This document shows, piece by piece, positions 34,090-36,053 of a stretch of DNA of 36,053 bases (the stretch's first letter is position 1; each line of letters begins with the position of its first letter). Source of the stretch: a virus. The notes under the pieces are model-generated. The model saw only the letters and a list, made by a program, of their open reading frames with translations, made no database searches and was not told where the DNA came from. The stretch is taken from IMG/VR virus record IMGVR_UViG_3300037047_000060, positions 1 through 36,053 of that record. One strand, written 5' to 3'. The translations under genes were made by a program, and so were the position numbers.

Positions 34090-35648
34090 TGATAAGAAAA
34101 TTTAAACTATGGAATTATCAAATGACAAGTTCATATGATATTTCATTAAATTCGATAAAGGTAACTGATGTAAAAGGACTAGGATCAAATATCAATCATC
34201 AAGTTTATGATGACAAGTATAAAAAAACAATTTTAAAGAGTGATATTAAGTTTTCGGATATTGAATTAACAATCATATTTGGGCTAAAAAACGACGCCTA
34301 TGCGGATTTTATGAACTTCATGCAGTTCTTAGCAACTAATGGCAAAAAACCTTTCACGCTTGAATATACGCATAATTCAGCTACAAGATATGTTGATGTT
34401 ATGCCGAAGAATATGCCAAAGTCTCAAAAATCACAATTTAGGATATTAACTGAAAATTTTACATTTGAAAGATTAACACCATATTATGAACTTATCGAAG
34501 AAAATGATGTAACATCTGTGGTTATAGAAAATGACTACATCGAAGATATTAAACCTATCATCAAAATTAAAGGTACGTCATCAGCATCAACTATTCTAAA
34601 GTTTAATAGTCATTCATCCGATGAAAATATAATTTTGGGTATCACAGGCCTTCCAAAAGACAATACATTGTTAACAAGGTTATATAGTTCAAATGGTTTG
34701 GGTTATCGAATCATCGATGCTGGCGATTATACATACGTACAATCTGATTTTGATAATTTGTACCCATACTCAGAGATGAAAGAAGTTGTTGATGAATTTG
34801 GGAATGTATTCATCAAAATTCCCAAGTTCTATATGTTTAATAGTGGAAATGAAAGAGCAATTTCTAAGCATAAGATTGATGATAACTGGTTCTTACCACC
34901 GGTATTCTATGGTCCAGATGGAGAACTTGATTACTTCTTGTATGGAAAATATCCTGCATTTACAGTAGGAACCAAATTAACAAGTAATACCGGGGTACTT
35001 CCTACCGTATCACAAAACATTACTACGTTTAGAACAAGAGCTAAAGCAAACGGTCTTGGCTATCAACAGCTAGATATCTGGGCAATCAATGTAATTCAAA
35101 CATTATTTTTAGTAGAGTTTGCTACTTCGAATTCACAAAACTTATTTAGAGGAAGAGTAGATCATACAGAAAGAGTAGTAACTGGAGCAACTGATTATAT
35201 TAAACAACCAAGCGGTGTCCATAAAGCAACCAATCAATTTAAGTATAGAGGAATTGAAGATGTATTCGGACACATATGGCAGTTTATAGATGGTATTAAC
35301 TTTGATGAAGAAAACATCATGATTTGTTATGATCCTGAAAAGTATATCAGTACATCCATAACTGCAGATTATGAGCTATTTGGCCAAAGACCTATGGCGA
35401 ACGGTTATGTTAAAGAAGAAACATTTAACATAGATCATAAAGGATTTCAATTTCCAAGTGTTTTAGGTGCATCAACATCCACATATTATGCGGATTATTA
35501 CTATCAAGCGACAGGATTAAGAATTGCATTATTCGGCGGTAGCTGGAGCAGTGGCTCGTATGCGGGTCTCTGGTATTGGTATTCTGACAATGCTGCTTCG
35601 AGCACGAGCTCGAGCGTCGGCGGTCGCCTTCTTAAAAAACCCTTGTAG
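34089..35648 (+). CDS. DGR target protein: a tail protein with a Dit-like N-terminal half and a C-terminal FGE-sulfatase/C-type-lectin-fold domain carrying the variable repeat
   Basis: The C-terminal YRGIEDVFGHIWQFIDG ... FGGSWSSGSYAGLWYWYSDNAASSTSSSVGGRLL is the typical CLec/FGE-type DGR scaffold. The last 35 codons or so are the VR. The start overlaps the tape-measure stop. Confidence 0.9.
   Translation: MIRKFKLWNYQMTSSYDISLNSIKVTDVKGLGSNINHQVYDDKYKKTILKSDIKFSDIELTIIFGLKNDAYADFMNFMQFLATNGKKPFTLEYTHNSATRYVDVMPKNMPKSQKSQFRILTENFTFERLTPYYELIEENDVTSVVIENDYIEDIKPIIKIKGTSSASTILKFNSHSSDENIILGITGLPKDNTLLTRLYSSNGLGYRIIDAGDYTYVQSDFDNLYPYSEMKEVVDEFGNVFIKIPKFYMFNSGNERAISKHKIDDNWFLPPVFYGPDGELDYFLYGKYPAFTVGTKLTSNTGVLPTVSQNITTFRTRAKANGLGYQQLDIWAINVIQTLFLVEFATSNSQNLFRGRVDHTERVVTGATDYIKQPSGVHKATNQFKYRGIEDVFGHIWQFIDGINFDEENIMICYDPEKYISTSITADYELFGQRPMANGYVKEETFNIDHKGFQFPSVLGASTSTYYADYYYQATGLRIALFGGSWSSGSYAGLWYWYSDNAASSTSSSVGGRLLKKPL
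35532..35633 (+). repeat. DGR variable repeat (VR)
   Basis: Aligns without gaps to 35715-35816 (offset 183). The 13 mismatches all fall where the TR has A. There are 0 mismatches at TR C, G or T. Confidence 0.95.
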
Positions 35649-35654
35649 GGGGTT

Positions 35655-35673
35655 GTAAGGGGTCTCCCCTTAC
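35655..35673 (+). promoter_or_regulatory. GC-rich hairpin downstream of the VR (candidate DGR target-recognition cruciform)
   Basis: gtaagggg-tct-ccccttac: a perfect 8-bp stem with a 3-nt loop, 22 nt after the VR/TR homology ends. Confidence 0.6.
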
Positions 35674-35681
35674 TAAACTAC

Positions 35682-35709
35682 TTAATTGTTTTTAATAACC
35701 GGGTATAAT
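35682..35709 (+). promoter_or_regulatory. Candidate promoter for the TR-RT transcript
   Basis: TATAAT at 35704-35709, about 6 nt before the TR begins. A weak -35-like TTAATT sits at 35682-35687 with a 16-nt spacer. Confidence 0.45.
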
Positions 35710-35714
35710 ATGCG

Positions 35715-35816
35715 ATCGGCGGTAACTGGAACAATGGCTCGAATGCGGGTCTCTGGTATTGGAATTCTAACAATGCTGCTTCGAACACGAACTCGAACAT
35801 CGGCGGTCGCAATCTT
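35715..35816 (+). repeat. DGR template repeat (TR)
   Basis: The invariant donor copy adjacent to the RT. It contains 26 adenines, including 6 AAC and 5 AAT codons in the VR reading frame. 13 of the 26 adenines are substituted in the VR. Confidence 0.95.
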
Positions 35817-35930
35817 TTACAAGTTAATACTTTATGCATATTATATCCATAGCCCTAGCTAAAAAACACTCATAAGGGATTGGTCTAGTAAGTCATTGAA
35901 AAACCAATAAGAGTAAAAGAAGGAGTATCC

Positions 35931-36053
35931 ATGAAAAGAATAGGGTACATATACGAAAAGATTTATGATAAAGAAAATTTAAGAACTGCAATTTATAAAG
36001 CAGCCAAAGGCAAATCAGATAAGAGGAATATTAAGTTTATTTTAGATAATATT
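35931..36053 (+). CDS. 5' part of the DGR RT gene (duplicate of 5-127 caused by the terminal overlap)
   Basis: Identical to the start of the window. RBS aaggag at 35920-35925. Confidence 0.9.
   Translation, partial: MKRIGYIYEKIYDKENLRTAIYKAAKGKSDKRNIKFILDNI

Larger units (their letters stand above)
34089..36053 (+). mobile_element. DGR cassette (target/VR, hairpin, TR, spacer, RT), continuing across the circular junction to position 1144
   Basis: Combination of the features above. Confidence 0.9.

Noticed and set aside
35927-36053. The terminal 127-bp repeat as a biological direct terminal repeat or a duplicated RT gene.
   Set aside because: The repeat is exact and truncated at the window edge. 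Its length equals a common assembler k-mer. It cuts through the RT coding sequence, so it is best read as a circular assembly overlap.
1-36053. CRISPR arrays, tRNA or tmRNA genes, rRNA, and IS or transposon ends.
   Set aside because: No regularly spaced direct repeats, cloverleaf-compatible segments or terminal inverted repeats flanking a transposase were seen by eye. A tRNAscan-SE or ARAGORN run would be needed to exclude tRNAs fully.

Overview
The window is a complete, circularly closed phage genome. Bases 1-127 are identical to 35927-36053, giving a unit length of 35,926 bp. It is AT-rich and looks like a temperate siphovirus. Every credible gene is on the + strand.

Gene order:
- DGR reverse transcriptase (5-1144)
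- tail and membrane proteins (1.0-6.0 kb)
- a terminator and consensus promoter, followed by an accessory operon of small unknown ORFs (6.1-8.4 kb)
- HTH regulators and a small tyrosine integrase (8.4-10.6 kb)
- replication genes (10.6-12 kb)
- an MT-A70 methylase and two HNH homing endonucleases (13.7-15.5 kb)
- small ORFs (15.5-18 kb)
- a methylation block: a multi-TRD C5-MTase, an interrupted SPPY MTase, an HNH, a ParB-MTase and a SAM synthetase (18-23.5 kb)
- an HK97-like packaging, head and tail module: TerS, TerL, portal, protease, capsid, connectors, major tail, G/GT chaperones with a -1 frameshift, and tape measure (23.5-34.1 kb)
- a tail protein whose 3' end is the DGR variable repeat (34089-35648), followed by the template repeat

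Most notable observations:
1. A complete DGR. The 102-bp VR/TR pair differs at 13 positions, all of them TR adenines. The cassette is compact, and no recognisable Avd was seen in any listed ORF.
2. Two intergenic elements match the full hammerhead ribozyme core in type II topology. Their helices covary, and a covarying loop-to-tail pseudoknot abuts the downstream Shine-Dalgarno. They bracket an 87-codon ORF.
3. Three apparently intact DNA methyltransferases, one interrupted one, and a phage-encoded MetK that overlaps the small terminase gene.
4. Near-identical consensus promoters with TAAACGTT repeats in front of two distant operons.

No tRNA, rRNA or CRISPR array was found by eye.
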